Below the pieces are notes generated by a model. That model saw only the letters and a list, made by a program, of their open reading frames with translations. It did not search any database and was not told the origin of the DNA. Shown piece by piece: positions 18,714 through 30,865 of a DNA stretch of 64,000 bases. The stretch's first letter is position 1; each line of letters opens with the position of its first letter. Origin of the DNA: Alphaproteobacteria bacterium (GTDB taxonomy: Bacteria; Pseudomonadota; Alphaproteobacteria; UBA2966); the NCBI GenBank assembly GCA_964291395.2, contig OZ219857.1, positions 1 through 64,000 of the forward strand, in the 5' to 3' direction. Position numbers and translations under genes: made by a program.

Positions 18714-19499
18714 ATGGACACGTCGCCCGCGGCCCTGCAGTCGGACTTCGCGGCGGCCTTGCGCGACCCGTCGCCGGACGCCGTGCCGGCCGGCTATTCC
18801 GGCGCCGCCGCGCGGCGCTTCCGCGTCTACCGCAACAACGTGCGCGTGGCGCTGATCGAGGCCCTGGCGGCGGCCTACCCGGTGGTCCTGCGGCTCGTCG
18901 GCGCGCCGTTCTTCGACCGCATCGCCCGCGTCTACGCCGCGGACCGGCCGGCGCGGGAACGCACGCTCAATCTCTACGGCGGCGGTTTCGCCGACTTCGT
19001 CGCGGGCTTCGCGCCGGCGCGCGAACTGCCCTATCTCGCCGACGTCGCCCGGCTCGAGCGGGCGGTGCTGGAGGCGCGCCACGCCGCCGACGCGGCGGCG
19101 CTCGACCCGACGGCGCTGACGGCCCTCGGCGACGGCCTGGCGACGGCGCGGCTGACGCCGCACCCCGCGACCCGGCTGGTCCGCTCCGCGTATCCCGTCG
19201 CCGACATCTGGCACGCCAACAGCGGAGACGCGGCGCCGGCCGGCGATCTCGTCCTCACCACCGGGGCGGCCGGCGCGCTGGTGCTGCGGCCCGGCCATGC
19301 CGTTGCGGTCGCGCCGCTGACGCCGGGGCGATGCGCCTTCGCCGGGACCCTGCTCGGCGGCGGCGACCTGACGGCCGCGCACGCGGCGGCGGCGGCGCTC
19401 GACGAAGGTTTCGACGTCATCCCGGCATTCCGGGACCTGCTGGTCGCCGGCGCCTTCCGCGGCGGCGCCCCCGAACCGAGCGAAGGAGAACCGACGTGA
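18714..19499 (+). CDS. DUF2063 partner protein (BufC-like)
   Basis: RFRVYRNNV...LAAAYPVV.RLVG..FF...YG..F..F...LPYLADVARLE. Confidence 0.9.
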   Translation: MDTSPAALQSDFAAALRDPSPDAVPAGYSGAAARRFRVYRNNVRVALIEALAAAYPVVLRLVGAPFFDRIARVYAADRPARERTLNLYGGGFADFVAGFAPARELPYLADVARLERAVLEARHAADAAALDPTALTALGDGLATARLTPHPATRLVRSAYPVADIWHANSGDAAPAGDLVLTTGAAGALVLRPGHAVAVAPLTPGRCAFAGTLLGGGDLTAAHAAAAALDEGFDVIPAFRDLLVAGAFRGGAPEPSEGEPT

Positions 19500-19984
19500 A
19501 CGATGTCGAACGGAAGGCCGGCGGCGGCGGCGTGTGGAGCAGACTGGCGCCGCTGATCGATCAGGGCAACCGCACCGCCGACTCCGTCACCCGCCGGCTG
19601 GGGCCGGTGGCGCTGCTGGCCCTGCGGCTGCCGGTGGCGCTGGTGTTCTGGCGTTCCGGCCGCACCAAGGTCGAGGGCTGGAACATATTCGCCGTCAACG
19701 ACACCCAGTATTTCCTGTTCCGCGAGGAGTTCGGCCTGCCGCTGCCCGAGCTCATGGCCCACGTCACGGCGCTGGCCGAGCACATCCTGCCGGTCCTGCT
19801 GGTGGTCGGCCTGTTCACGCGGCTCGGCGCGCTCGGCATGCTGACGATGACCATGGTCATCCAGCTGTTCGTCTATCCCGACGCCTGGGTCAGCGCCCAC
19901 ATGTTCTGGGCGGCGATCCTGTTCGCCGTGGCGGCTCTCGGACCGGGACCGATCTCCCTCGACCGGCTGCTGTTCCGCCGCTAG
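19496..19984 (+). CDS. DoxX family membrane protein (BufD-like)
   Basis: LALRLPVALVFWRSGRTK...EHILPVLLVVGLFTRLGAL...GPGPISLD. Confidence 0.9.
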   Translation: MNDVERKAGGGGVWSRLAPLIDQGNRTADSVTRRLGPVALLALRLPVALVFWRSGRTKVEGWNIFAVNDTQYFLFREEFGLPLPELMAHVTALAEHILPVLLVVGLFTRLGALGMLTMTMVIQLFVYPDAWVSAHMFWAAILFAVAALGPGPISLDRLLFRR

Positions 19985-20931
19985 GCCGCGCCGCCGGCGG
20001 CGCCCCGGCCGGAAGCCGCGGCCTCCCCCGCCGGGAGACCGGCGCCGTTCGGGTCGAGGTCGGACATCGGCCGGCCCCCTTCGCTGCGGTACTCGTGGGC
20101 CGGATAGATGCCGAGCAGCTTCACCTCGGGGGAGAACAGGCTGAGCTCGTCGAAGGCGCCCCGAACGTCGGGTTCGTAGCGGTGCGCCTCGATCTCCGCG
20201 TAGAAGCGCGCGACCTCGAAGCGGCTGCCGACGACGTAGCTCTCGAGCTTGGTGAGGTTCACCCGGCGCGTGGCGAAGCCGCCCAGCGCCTTGTAGAGCG
20301 CCGCCGGGACGTTGCCGACGCGGAACATGAACGACGTGACCACCCGCGCGGCGCCCTGCTCGGGCACGACGGACTCCCGCGACAGCACGATGAACCGCGT
20401 GATGTTGTGCTCGGCGTCCTCGATGTTCGTGCGCAGGCAGTCGAGGCCGTAGATGCGCCCCGCCAGCGACGAGGCGATGACGGCCGCGTGCCTGTCGTCC
20501 CCCTCCGAGACCTGCCGCGCGGCGCCCGCCGTGTCGACGGTGCTGACCGGCTCCAGCCCCAGCTCGCTGATCGTGCGGCGGCACTGCGCCAGGGCCTGCG
20601 GGTGGCTGCTGACGGTCCTGAGGTCGGACAGGCGGGCGCCCTTCGGCGCCAGCAGGCAATGGTTCACGCGCAGGAACGTCTCGTCGACGATGTGGAGGTG
20701 CGTCCTGGGCAGCATGTAGTAGATGTCGGCGACGCGGCTGGCGATCGAGTTCTCGATCGGGATCATCGCCAGCGTCGTCCGCTCGTTCTCCACCGCCGCG
20801 AACGCGTCCTCGAAGGACGGACAGGGACGGGACTCCATGTCGGGGAACTTCAGGCGGCACGCGAGGTCCGAATAGGCGCCCCGCTCGCCCTGAAAGGCCA
20901 CGGTCCCCCCGGAATAGAGATGTCGGGTCAT
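19981..20931 (-). CDS. pheA: Prephenate dehydratase
   Basis: VAFQGERGAYS, IPIENS, SHPQALAQC, NITRF and VNLTKLES motifs. Confidence 0.95.
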   Translation of the reverse strand: MTRHLYSGGTVAFQGERGAYSDLACRLKFPDMESRPCPSFEDAFAAVENERTTLAMIPIENSIASRVADIYYMLPRTHLHIVDETFLRVNHCLLAPKGARLSDLRTVSSHPQALAQCRRTISELGLEPVSTVDTAGAARQVSEGDDRHAAVIASSLAGRIYGLDCLRTNIEDAEHNITRFIVLSRESVVPEQGAARVVTSFMFRVGNVPAALYKALGGFATRRVNLTKLESYVVGSRFEVARFYAEIEAHRYEPDVRGAFDELSLFSPEVKLLGIYPAHEYRSEGGRPMSDLDPNGAGLPAGEAAASGRGAAGGAA

Positions 20932-20932
20932 G

Positions 20933-21706
20933 TCACTCCGGAACGCTCTCGGGCGCCGCGCCGCCGGGCGCGAGAATCGCGCGGGCCCGCTCAAGATCGG
21001 GCGGAGTATCGACACCGAGGGGCAGGGTGTCAACGACGGCCACGCCGATGCGCATGCCGGCTTCGAGCGCCCGCAGCTGCTCGAGTTTCTCGCGGGTTTC
21101 CAGGGGCGCCGGCGGCAGGCCGACGAACCGTTCGAGCGCCGGGCGGCGGAAGGCGTAGATGCCGACGTGGTGAAGCAGCGGGCCGTCTCCGGACGGCGCC
21201 GCGGCGCGCGTGAAGTAGAGCGCCCGCCCGGTGGCCGCCGCGGGGGCGAACGAGACCACGGCCTTGACGACGTTGGGGTCGCCGCGGCCGGCGTCGTCCG
21301 AGACGGGGCAGGCCACGGTCCCGATGTCGACCTCGGGTTCCCGCAGCGGCTCGAGCACGGCGGATACGGCGGAAGCGGCGATCGTCGGCAGGTCGCCCTG
21401 CAGGTTGATCACCGCGTCGTGGACGCCGGCCGGGTCCACGGACCGCACGGCCTCGAACACGCGGTCGGAACCCGACGGGTGATCGGGCCGCGTCATCAGC
21501 GCCTCGCCGCCGGCCGCCGCGACCGCCGCCGCGATCTCCGCGTCGGCGCAGGCGACCAGCACGGGGCCGACGCCGCTCTCCACGGCGCGGCGCCAGACGT
21601 GCACGATCATCGGCTCGCCGTGGATGTCGGCGAGGGGCTTGCCCGGCAGCCGCCGCGCGGCCATGCGGGCCGGAATGACGATGATCGGGTGGGCCGGGAG
21701 CGTCAT
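20933..21706 (-). CDS. kdsB: 3-deoxy-manno-octulosonate cytidylyltransferase
   Basis: IPARMAARRLPGKPL, SGSDR, INLQGD and EKLEQLRALE motifs. Confidence 0.95.
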   Translation of the reverse strand: MTLPAHPIIVIPARMAARRLPGKPLADIHGEPMIVHVWRRAVESGVGPVLVACADAEIAAAVAAAGGEALMTRPDHPSGSDRVFEAVRSVDPAGVHDAVINLQGDLPTIAASAVSAVLEPLREPEVDIGTVACPVSDDAGRGDPNVVKAVVSFAPAAATGRALYFTRAAAPSGDGPLLHHVGIYAFRRPALERFVGLPPAPLETREKLEQLRALEAGMRIGVAVVDTLPLGVDTPPDLERARAILAPGGAAPESVPE

Positions 21707-21850
21707 TGGCGAGCGTCGATCGGGACGCGGCGACGGAGTCCGGGCGGGGTCCCGCGCCGGCGGAGCCGCGACGTCGACTTATACGGCTTGCGCCGGCCCT
21801 CGGGAAGTCGGTAATCTTCGCCCGCCTCGTGGTTCGAGCACGGATTCTCC

Positions 21851-22393
21851 ATGGACACCTTCGAAGTCAACAAGATCGCCGGCGGCATTCTCGCCACCCT
21901 GCTGGTACTCTACGTCATCAACGGCGTCGGCAACGTCGCGGTCAGCCCGCGCGGCCTCGAGCCGGTCGCCTATCCCGTTCCCGAAGTGGACGCCGCCGCC
22001 CCGGAGACGGCCGCCGCGGCCGAGGAAGAAGGCCCGTCGCTGGCCGCGCTGCTGGCCGCCGCGGACGTGGAGAGGGGCATGAGGGTGGCCAAGAAATGCG
22101 CGGTCTGCCACACCTTCGAGCAGGGCGGGAAGAACAAGGTCGGACCGAATCTGTGGAACGTCATCGGCCGCGACATGGCGACCGTGGGAGGGTTCTCCTA
22201 CTCGTCCTCGATGAAGAAGGCCGAGGGCACGTGGAGCTTCGCGGGCCTCGACGAGTTCCTGACCAAGCCCAGAACCTACATGCCGGGCAACAAGATGGCG
22301 TTCCCCGGGCTCAGGAAGCCCACGGACCGCGCCAACGTGATCGCCTACCTGCGCACCCTGAGCGATTCGCCGCAGCCACTGCCCAGCGAATAG
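21851..22393 (+). CDS. cycM: Membrane-anchored cytochrome c (CycM/c552-like)
   Basis: N-terminal TM helix, CAVCH, GPNLW and PGNKMAF; adjacent to kdsB. Confidence 0.85.
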   Translation: MDTFEVNKIAGGILATLLVLYVINGVGNVAVSPRGLEPVAYPVPEVDAAAPETAAAAEEEGPSLAALLAAADVERGMRVAKKCAVCHTFEQGGKNKVGPNLWNVIGRDMATVGGFSYSSSMKKAEGTWSFAGLDEFLTKPRTYMPGNKMAFPGLRKPTDRANVIAYLRTLSDSPQPLPSE

Positions 22394-22461
22394 GCTACTC
22401 TCGACGACGATCCCGATGCGCGGCGCCGCAGGCGCCCGCGCGACGCGCTTGACCCGGAGGC

Positions 22462-23244
22462 GTGGTGACCGACCGCTGTCCCGCCGCATACGTGGAACTG
22501 GCCCACAGACTGGCCGACGCCGCCGGCGAGATCGTGCGCGCGTATTTCCGCCGGCCCTACGACATCGCCACCAAGGCGGACTCGACGCCCGTCACCGAGG
22601 CGGACCGCGCCGCCGAGCGGGCCATGCGGGACATCCTGGAAGAGGCGGTGCCGGACCACGGCATTTCCGGCGAGGAGTTCGGCACCGTCCGCGGCGACGC
22701 CGAGCACGTCTGGCACCTCGACCCCATCGACGGCACCAAGGCCTTCATCGCGGGCGTTCCCGTCTTCGGCACCCTGATCGGGCTCGCCCGCGGGGGCAGG
22801 CCCCTGTTCGGCGTGATCGACCAGGCGGTGAGCGGGGAGCGCTGGGCCGGCGGCGGCGGGCATCCGTGCACGTTGAACGAGGGCCGGGCGGCCTGCCGCG
22901 GCGGGGTCGGCCTGGCGAACGCCGTGCTCTTCACCACGTCGCCGGACCTCTACGAGCGCGACGACCTCGCGGCGCTCGACCGGCTGCGCGGCGACGCCGG
23001 CCTCGTCCGCTACGGCGCGGATTGCTACGCCTTCGGACTGGTCGCCGCCGGACACGCCGACATCGCCATCGAGTGCCGCCTGAAGGACCACGACTATTGC
23101 GCGCTGGTGCCCGTGGTCGAGAGCGCCGGCGGCGTGATGACGAACTGGCAGGGCGCGCCGGTGACGCTCGGGACGGACACCCGCGTCGTCGCCGCCGGCA
23201 GCGCGGAACTGCACCGGGCGGCGGTCTCCCGGCTCGGCGGATGA
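22462..23244 (+). CDS. hisN: Histidinol-phosphatase (inositol monophosphatase family)
   Basis: KADSTPVTEAD, GEEFG, LDPIDGTKAF and DCYAFG motifs. Confidence 0.8.
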   Translation: MVTDRCPAAYVELAHRLADAAGEIVRAYFRRPYDIATKADSTPVTEADRAAERAMRDILEEAVPDHGISGEEFGTVRGDAEHVWHLDPIDGTKAFIAGVPVFGTLIGLARGGRPLFGVIDQAVSGERWAGGGGHPCTLNEGRAACRGGVGLANAVLFTTSPDLYERDDLAALDRLRGDAGLVRYGADCYAFGLVAAGHADIAIECRLKDHDYCALVPVVESAGGVMTNWQGAPVTLGTDTRVVAAGSAELHRAAVSRLGG

Positions 23245-23251
23245 GGCGATC

Positions 23252-25087
23252 ATGCCGAACCGCCTGACCATGACCCTGCTCGCGGCGGCCCTGCTCGCGC
23301 CGGGCGCCGCCGGCAACGCCCAAGTCACGGTTCTCCACGGCACCTCACTGCTCGGGGAACCGAAGTACCCGGCCGGCTTCGGGCACTTCGACTACGCCGA
23401 CCCGGAGGCGCCGAAGGGCGGCGACATACGCCTCTCCGCCATCGGCTCGTTCGACAGCCTCAACCCCTTCATCCTCAAGGGCCGCGGCGCCGCCGGCCTG
23501 GGGCTGACCTTCGAGTCCCTCATGACCTCGTCGGAGGACGAGGCGGATTCGGCGTACGGCCTGATCGCGGAGAGCGTCGAGATCCCCGACGACCTGGGCT
23601 GGGCCGCCTATACCCTGCGGCCGGAGGCCCGCTGGCACGACGGCTCGCCGATCACGGTGGACGACGTCATCTTCTCCTTCGAGACCCTGAAGTCCAAGGG
23701 GCATCCGTTCTACCGGGCCTACTACGCGAACGTCGCGGCCGCCGAGGCCACGGGGCCGCGGACCGTGAAATTCACCTTCGCCGGCGGGCTCAACCGGGAG
23801 CTGCCCCAGATCGTGGGCCAACTGACGGTGCTGCCCAGGGCGGCGTTCGAGAACCGGAACTTCGAGGAGACGACCCTCGACCCCATCATGGGCAGCGGGC
23901 CCTACCGCGTCGCGGACGTCGACCCGGGACGGTCGATCACCTACGAGCGCGTCGAGGACCACTGGGGCGCCGACCTTCCGGTCAACCGCGGCCACTACAA
24001 CTTCGACGGCATCCGCTACGACTATTACCGCGACCAGACCGTCGCCCTCGAGGCGTTCAAATCGAACGAGTACGACTTCCGCCAGGAGAGCACGGCCAAG
24101 GTCTGGGCGACCGGCTACGACGCTCCGCCGGTCCGCGAAGGACTGATCGTCACGGAGGAGATCGAGCACGAGAATCCGACGGGGATGCAGGCGTTCGCCT
24201 TCAACGTCCGGCGGGAGCGGTTCCGGGACCGGCGGGTGCGGGAGGCGCTGTCCCACGCCTTCGATTTCGAATGGGCCAACAAGAACCTCTTCCACGGACA
24301 GTACACGCGCACCAGGAGCTTCTTCTCCAACTCGGAACTCGCCTCGTCGGGCCTGCCGGGCGAGGCGGAGCTTCGCTACCTGGAACCCTTCCGCGGCCAG
24401 GTTCCCGAGGAAGTGTTCACGACGGCCTACGAGCCGCCGGAGACCGACGGCTCGGGCAACGCGCGGGCGAACCTGAGGAAGGCGCAGCGGCTCCTGAAGG
24501 AGGCGGGCTGGACGGTCCGGGACGGCAGGCTGACGAACGGCGCCGACGGCCAGGTCATGGAATTCGAGATCCTGCTCGTCAACCCGGGATTCGAGCGGAT
24601 CGTGCTGCCCTTCGCCCGCAACCTGGAGAGGCTCGGGATCGAGACGCGCGTGCGGACGGTCGACACGGCCCAGTACCAGAACCGGATCGACGAGTTCGAC
24701 TTCGACATGTCCGTGCAGTCGTTTCCCCAGTCGTCGTCGCCGGGCAACGAGCAGCGGGACTGGTGGGCCTCGGCGAACGCGGACATCCCGGGAAGCCGCA
24801 ACGTCATCGGCATCAAGAACCCGGTGGTCGACGCCCTCATCGACGAGATCATAAAGGCGCCCGACCGCGGGTCCCTGGTCGCCGCGACGCGGGCCTTGGA
24901 CCGGGTGCTGCTGTGGAACCACTACGTGATCCCCCAATGGCACACGCGGGTGTACCGGGTCGCCTACTGGAACCGGTTCTCGCGTCCGGAGATCACGCCC
25001 AAGCACGGCCTCGGCCTGTTCACCTGGTGGATCGACGCCGAAAAGGACGCCGACCTGAAACGCCGGACGGCCGCCGAGTCCCGGTGA
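23252..25087 (+). CDS. yejA: ABC peptide transporter substrate-binding protein (YejA-like 1)
   Basis: HG....GEPKYP..F.HFDY..P.APKGG, FDSLNPF and ALDRVLLW motifs. Confidence 0.9.
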   Translation: MPNRLTMTLLAAALLAPGAAGNAQVTVLHGTSLLGEPKYPAGFGHFDYADPEAPKGGDIRLSAIGSFDSLNPFILKGRGAAGLGLTFESLMTSSEDEADSAYGLIAESVEIPDDLGWAAYTLRPEARWHDGSPITVDDVIFSFETLKSKGHPFYRAYYANVAAAEATGPRTVKFTFAGGLNRELPQIVGQLTVLPRAAFENRNFEETTLDPIMGSGPYRVADVDPGRSITYERVEDHWGADLPVNRGHYNFDGIRYDYYRDQTVALEAFKSNEYDFRQESTAKVWATGYDAPPVREGLIVTEEIEHENPTGMQAFAFNVRRERFRDRRVREALSHAFDFEWANKNLFHGQYTRTRSFFSNSELASSGLPGEAELRYLEPFRGQVPEEVFTTAYEPPETDGSGNARANLRKAQRLLKEAGWTVRDGRLTNGADGQVMEFEILLVNPGFERIVLPFARNLERLGIETRVRTVDTAQYQNRIDEFDFDMSVQSFPQSSSPGNEQRDWWASANADIPGSRNVIGIKNPVVDALIDEIIKAPDRGSLVAATRALDRVLLWNHYVIPQWHTRVYRVAYWNRFSRPEITPKHGLGLFTWWIDAEKDADLKRRTAAESR

Positions 25088-25128
25088 CGGCGCTCCTGCC
25101 GGGCGGAGGTCTCTGCTATCATCGGCGG

Positions 25129-27006
25129 GTGATCGGGTCGCGGTCGATATCCAGGGCTTTCGGGGCCGTCGCCGCCGTTCACCTGGCCTTGGCGGTCGGG
25201 GCGGCCGGGGCGGCCCTCGCGGAGCCCCGCCACGGGCTGTCGTCGTTCGGCGACCTGAAGTATCCGCCGGATTTTCCGCACTTCGACTACGTCGACCCGG
25301 AGGCCCCGAAGGGGGGCGAGATCCGGCTTCGCGACCTGGGATCCTTCGACAACCTCAACCCGTTCATTCTCAAGGGCATACGGCTCCGCGGAGTCGGGGC
25401 CGTGGCGATCTCGGGGCTGCCCTTCGACACGCTGATGACGTCCGCGGGCGACGAGCCCGACGCCGTGTACGGCCTCGTCGCCGAGAGCGCCGAAGTGGCG
25501 CCCGACCGGTCCGGGGTATCGTTCCGCCTGCGGCCCGAGGCGCGGTTCAACGACGGATCCCCGTTGACGGCCGAGGACGTCGTGTTCTCGTTCGAGACCC
25601 TGAAATCCAAGGGGGCGCCGAGTTTCCGGATCGTGCTGCGCGACGTCGAATCGGCGGTCGCCGAAGGCCCGCACGCGGTGCGGTTCGCGTTCCGCGAAGG
25701 CGCGGTGACCCGCGACCTGCCGCTGACGGTGGCCGGCATCCCGATCCTGTCCAGGGCCTACTACGAGACGCGCGAGTTCGACAGGACCACCCTCGATCCG
25801 CCGCTCGGCAGCGGACCCTACCGCATCGTCCGGGCCGACCAGGGCCGGACCATCGTCTACGAGCGGGTGGCCGACTACTGGGCCAGGGACCTGCCGGTGA
25901 ACCGGGGGCGCTTCAACTACGGCACCATCCGGTTCGACTTCTACCGCGACCGCAACATCGCCCTCGAGGCCTTCAAGGCCGGCGAATACGACTTCCGCGA
26001 GGAATTCACCTCGAAAATGTGGGCCACGGCCTACGATTTCCCCGCCATCAGGGAAGGGCTGGTGAAGCGGGAATCGATCCCCGACGAGTCGCCCGCCAGC
26101 CGGCAGTTCTTCGTCCTCAACCAGCGCCGCGGGATATTCAAGGATCCGCGCGTCCGCGCCGCCTTCGACCTGGCCTTCGATTTCGAGTGGACGAACAAGA
26201 ACATCTTCTACGGGCTCTATACCCGGACCAAGAGCCTCTACCAGAACACGCCGATGGCCGCGCGCAGCCTTCCCGCCCCCGGCGAGGTGGCGCTGCTGGA
26301 ACCGTACCGCGACAGGTTGCCGGCCGAGGCCTTCACCCGGGTCTTCGAGCCCCCGGCGACCGACGGCTCGGGAAACGTCCGGCGCAACCTCCGCGCGGCG
26401 CAGCGGCTGCTCGGCGAGGCCGGATACTCGGTGAAAGACGGGACGCTGCGGAGCCCGTCGGGCCGGCCCGTCTCGATCGAGTTCCTGACGTTCTCGCCCA
26501 CGTTCGAACGGGTGTACGCGCCGCACGTCCGCAACCTCGAGCGTCTCGGCATCGAGGCCGCGATCCGCATCGTCGACTCCGCGCAATACGCCAATCGCAT
26601 GCAGGAGTTCGATTTCGACGTCACCACGGCGGCATTCGGCACCTCTCCGACGCCCGGCGTGGGGGAGCGGAACTTCTGGGGGTCCGAGGCGGCCCGCAGT
26701 CCCGGAAGCATCAACTACGCCGGCATCGCCGATCCCGCCGTCGACGCGCTGATCGAAAAGATCGCCGACGCGCCGGACCGCGCAGCCCTGGAGACGGCGG
26801 CCCGCGCCCTCGACCGCGTGCTGCTGTGGAACCGCTACGTCATTCCCCAGTGGTTCAATCCCACCCACAACGTCGCCTACTGGGACAAGTTCGGACGCCC
26901 CGGGACCGCTCCCAAGTACGACAACTACTTCGGCTTCCTCGACACCTGGTGGATCGATCCCGGCAAGGCCGCCGACCTTGAAGCCCGGCGCGCCGCGAAC
27001 CGGTAG
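25129..27006 (+). CDS. yejA: ABC peptide transporter substrate-binding protein (YejA-like 2); start uncertain
   Basis: [27 protein letters not shown]; paralog of the preceding gene. Confidence 0.9.
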   Translation: MIGSRSISRAFGAVAAVHLALAVGAAGAALAEPRHGLSSFGDLKYPPDFPHFDYVDPEAPKGGEIRLRDLGSFDNLNPFILKGIRLRGVGAVAISGLPFDTLMTSAGDEPDAVYGLVAESAEVAPDRSGVSFRLRPEARFNDGSPLTAEDVVFSFETLKSKGAPSFRIVLRDVESAVAEGPHAVRFAFREGAVTRDLPLTVAGIPILSRAYYETREFDRTTLDPPLGSGPYRIVRADQGRTIVYERVADYWARDLPVNRGRFNYGTIRFDFYRDRNIALEAFKAGEYDFREEFTSKMWATAYDFPAIREGLVKRESIPDESPASRQFFVLNQRRGIFKDPRVRAAFDLAFDFEWTNKNIFYGLYTRTKSLYQNTPMAARSLPAPGEVALLEPYRDRLPAEAFTRVFEPPATDGSGNVRRNLRAAQRLLGEAGYSVKDGTLRSPSGRPVSIEFLTFSPTFERVYAPHVRNLERLGIEAAIRIVDSAQYANRMQEFDFDVTTAAFGTSPTPGVGERNFWGSEAARSPGSINYAGIADPAVDALIEKIADAPDRAALETAARALDRVLLWNRYVIPQWFNPTHNVAYWDKFGRPGTAPKYDNYFGFLDTWWIDPGKAADLEARRAANR

Positions 27007-27017
27007 GACGCGCCGCG

Positions 27018-28130
27018 GTGCTCGCCTACGTCGTTCGGCGCGTCCTGCTCATGGTCCCGACGCTGCTCGGGATCATGGTCATCAACTTCCTCATCGTGCA
27101 GGCCGCGCCCGGCGGACCGGTGGAGCAGCTGATCGCCCAGATCAGCGGCACGGCGGTCGACGCGACGGCGCGCATCGGCGGCGCCGACCTCGGGGAGACC
27201 CGGCAGGCGCAGGCGGCACAGGCCGGAGACGCGTCCCTCGCCAGCAAATACCGGGGCGCCCGCGGGCTCGACCCGGAGTTCATCAAGGAGATCGAGAAGC
27301 TCTACGGCTTCGACAAGCCGGCGCACGTGCGGCTCTTCCAGATGATCGGCAACTATCTGCGCTTCGACTTCGGCGACTCGTTCTTCCGCGACCGCTCCGT
27401 CGTCGACCTGGTCGTCGACAAGATGCCGGTGTCCATCTCGCTCGGCATCTGGACGACGCTGCTCGTCTACTTCATCTCCATCCCGCTCGGCGTCGCCAAG
27501 GCGGTGCGCGACGGCACCCGCTTCGACATCTGGACCAGCGCGACCATCATCGTGGGCTACGCCATCCCGAACTTCCTGTTCGCGGTGCTGCTGGTGGTGC
27601 TGTTCGCGGGCGGCAGCTTCTGGGACATCTTCCCCCTGCGCGGCCTGGTCTCGGAGAACTGGTCGGACCTGAGCTGGCCCGACCGCATCGCCGACTACTT
27701 CTGGCACATCACGCTGCCGGTGATCTCCATGGTGATCGGCGGCTTCGCCACGCTCACCATGCTGACCAAGAACTCCTTCATCGAGGAGATCAACAAGCAG
27801 TACGTGCTCACGGCGCGGGCCAAGGGCCTGACCGAGCGCCGCGTGCTCTACGGCCACGTATTCCGCAACGCCATGCTGATCGTGGTCGCGGGCTTTCCGT
27901 CGGCCTTCGTCGGCATCCTGTTCACCGGAAACCTGCTCATCGAGATCATCTTCTCGCTCGACGGGCTGGGCCTGCTGGGCTTCGAAGCGGTCATCAACCG
28001 CGACTATCCGGTGATGTTCGGCACGCTCTACGTCTTCACCCTGCTCGGCCTCGTCCTCAATCTGCTGGGCGATCTCATGTACGTCGTCATCGATCCGCGG
28101 ATCGATTTCGAACGGCGGGACGTGGCCTGA
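27018..28130 (+). CDS. yejB: ABC transporter permease YejB
   Basis: [23 protein letters not shown] and TARAKGL motifs. Confidence 0.95.
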   Translation: MLAYVVRRVLLMVPTLLGIMVINFLIVQAAPGGPVEQLIAQISGTAVDATARIGGADLGETRQAQAAQAGDASLASKYRGARGLDPEFIKEIEKLYGFDKPAHVRLFQMIGNYLRFDFGDSFFRDRSVVDLVVDKMPVSISLGIWTTLLVYFISIPLGVAKAVRDGTRFDIWTSATIIVGYAIPNFLFAVLLVVLFAGGSFWDIFPLRGLVSENWSDLSWPDRIADYFWHITLPVISMVIGGFATLTMLTKNSFIEEINKQYVLTARAKGLTERRVLYGHVFRNAMLIVVAGFPSAFVGILFTGNLLIEIIFSLDGLGLLGFEAVINRDYPVMFGTLYVFTLLGLVLNLLGDLMYVVIDPRIDFERRDVA

Positions 28131-29190
28131 TGCGGCCGCAGATCCCGGGCCAGGACCGTTTCCTGGGGCTCCGCATCACGCCGCTGACCCGGCGTCGCCT
28201 GCAGAACTTCCGCGCCAACAGGCGCGGCTACTGGTCCTTCTGGATCTTCGCGGCGCTCTTCGTCCTGAGCCTCTTCGCCGAGGTCATCGCCAACGACAAG
28301 CCGGTCCTCGTCGCCTACAAGGGCGAGCTCCTGACGCCGGTCCTCGCGGCCTATCCGGAAACGAAGTTCGGCGGCGATTTCGAGACGGAGGCCGATTACC
28401 GGGACCCCTTCGTGACGGAGCTCATCGAAGCGGAAGGATGGATCGTGTGGCCGCCGATCCGCTACAGCTTCAACACCATCAACTACGATCTGCCCGTTCC
28501 CGCGCCCGCGCCGCCCTCGGCCGAGAACTGGCTCGGTACCGACGACCAGGGCCGCGACGTCGTCGCCCGCGTGATCTACGGGTTCCGCATCTCCGTCCTG
28601 TTCGGATTGGTGCTGACCGCCTTCAGTTCCGTCATCGGCGTCATGGCGGGGGCCGTGCAGGGCTATTTCGGCGGCTGGCTCGACCTGCTGTTCCAGCGTT
28701 TCATGGAGATCTGGGGCGGCATGCCGGTGCTGTTCCTCCTGATCATCCTCGCGTCGGTCATCGAACCCGGATTCTGGACCCTGCTCACCCTGATGCTCCT
28801 GTTCAGCTGGATGGCGCTCGTCGGCGTGGTGCGCGCCGAGTTCCTGCGGGCGCGCAATTTCGAATACGTGCAGGCGGCGCGGGCGCTCGGCGTCGACAAC
28901 GCCACCATCATGTTCAAGCACCTGCTGCCCAACGCCATGGTCGCCACGGTCACGTTCCTGCCGTTCATCCTCAACGGCTCGATCACCACGCTGACGTCGC
29001 TCGATTTCCTGGGGTTCGGGCTGCCGCCGGGTTCTCCGTCCCTCGGCGAGCTTCTGGCCCAGGGCAAGGCCAACCTGCAGGCCCCGTGGCTCGGCATTTC
29101 GGGTTTCGTCGTCATCGCCTGCACCCTGACCCTGCTGGTGTTCGTCGGCGAGGCGATCCGCGACGCCTTCGATCCAAGGAAGACCGTGGG

Positions 29191-29194
<4 letters not shown>
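28130..29194 (+). CDS. yejE: ABC transporter permease YejE
   Basis: NRRGYWS, LGTDDQGRDV and GEAIRDAFDPRK motifs. Confidence 0.95.
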
Positions 29195-30828
<1,634 letters not shown>

Positions 30829-30865
30829 CCCGGCCGAGGCGGACGAAGAGGCCGAAACGAAACGG

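Noticed and set aside
23252-27006. Tandem yejA duplication as a novelty
   Set aside because: Two YejA-like binding proteins before yejBEF is a common arrangement in Alphaproteobacteria.
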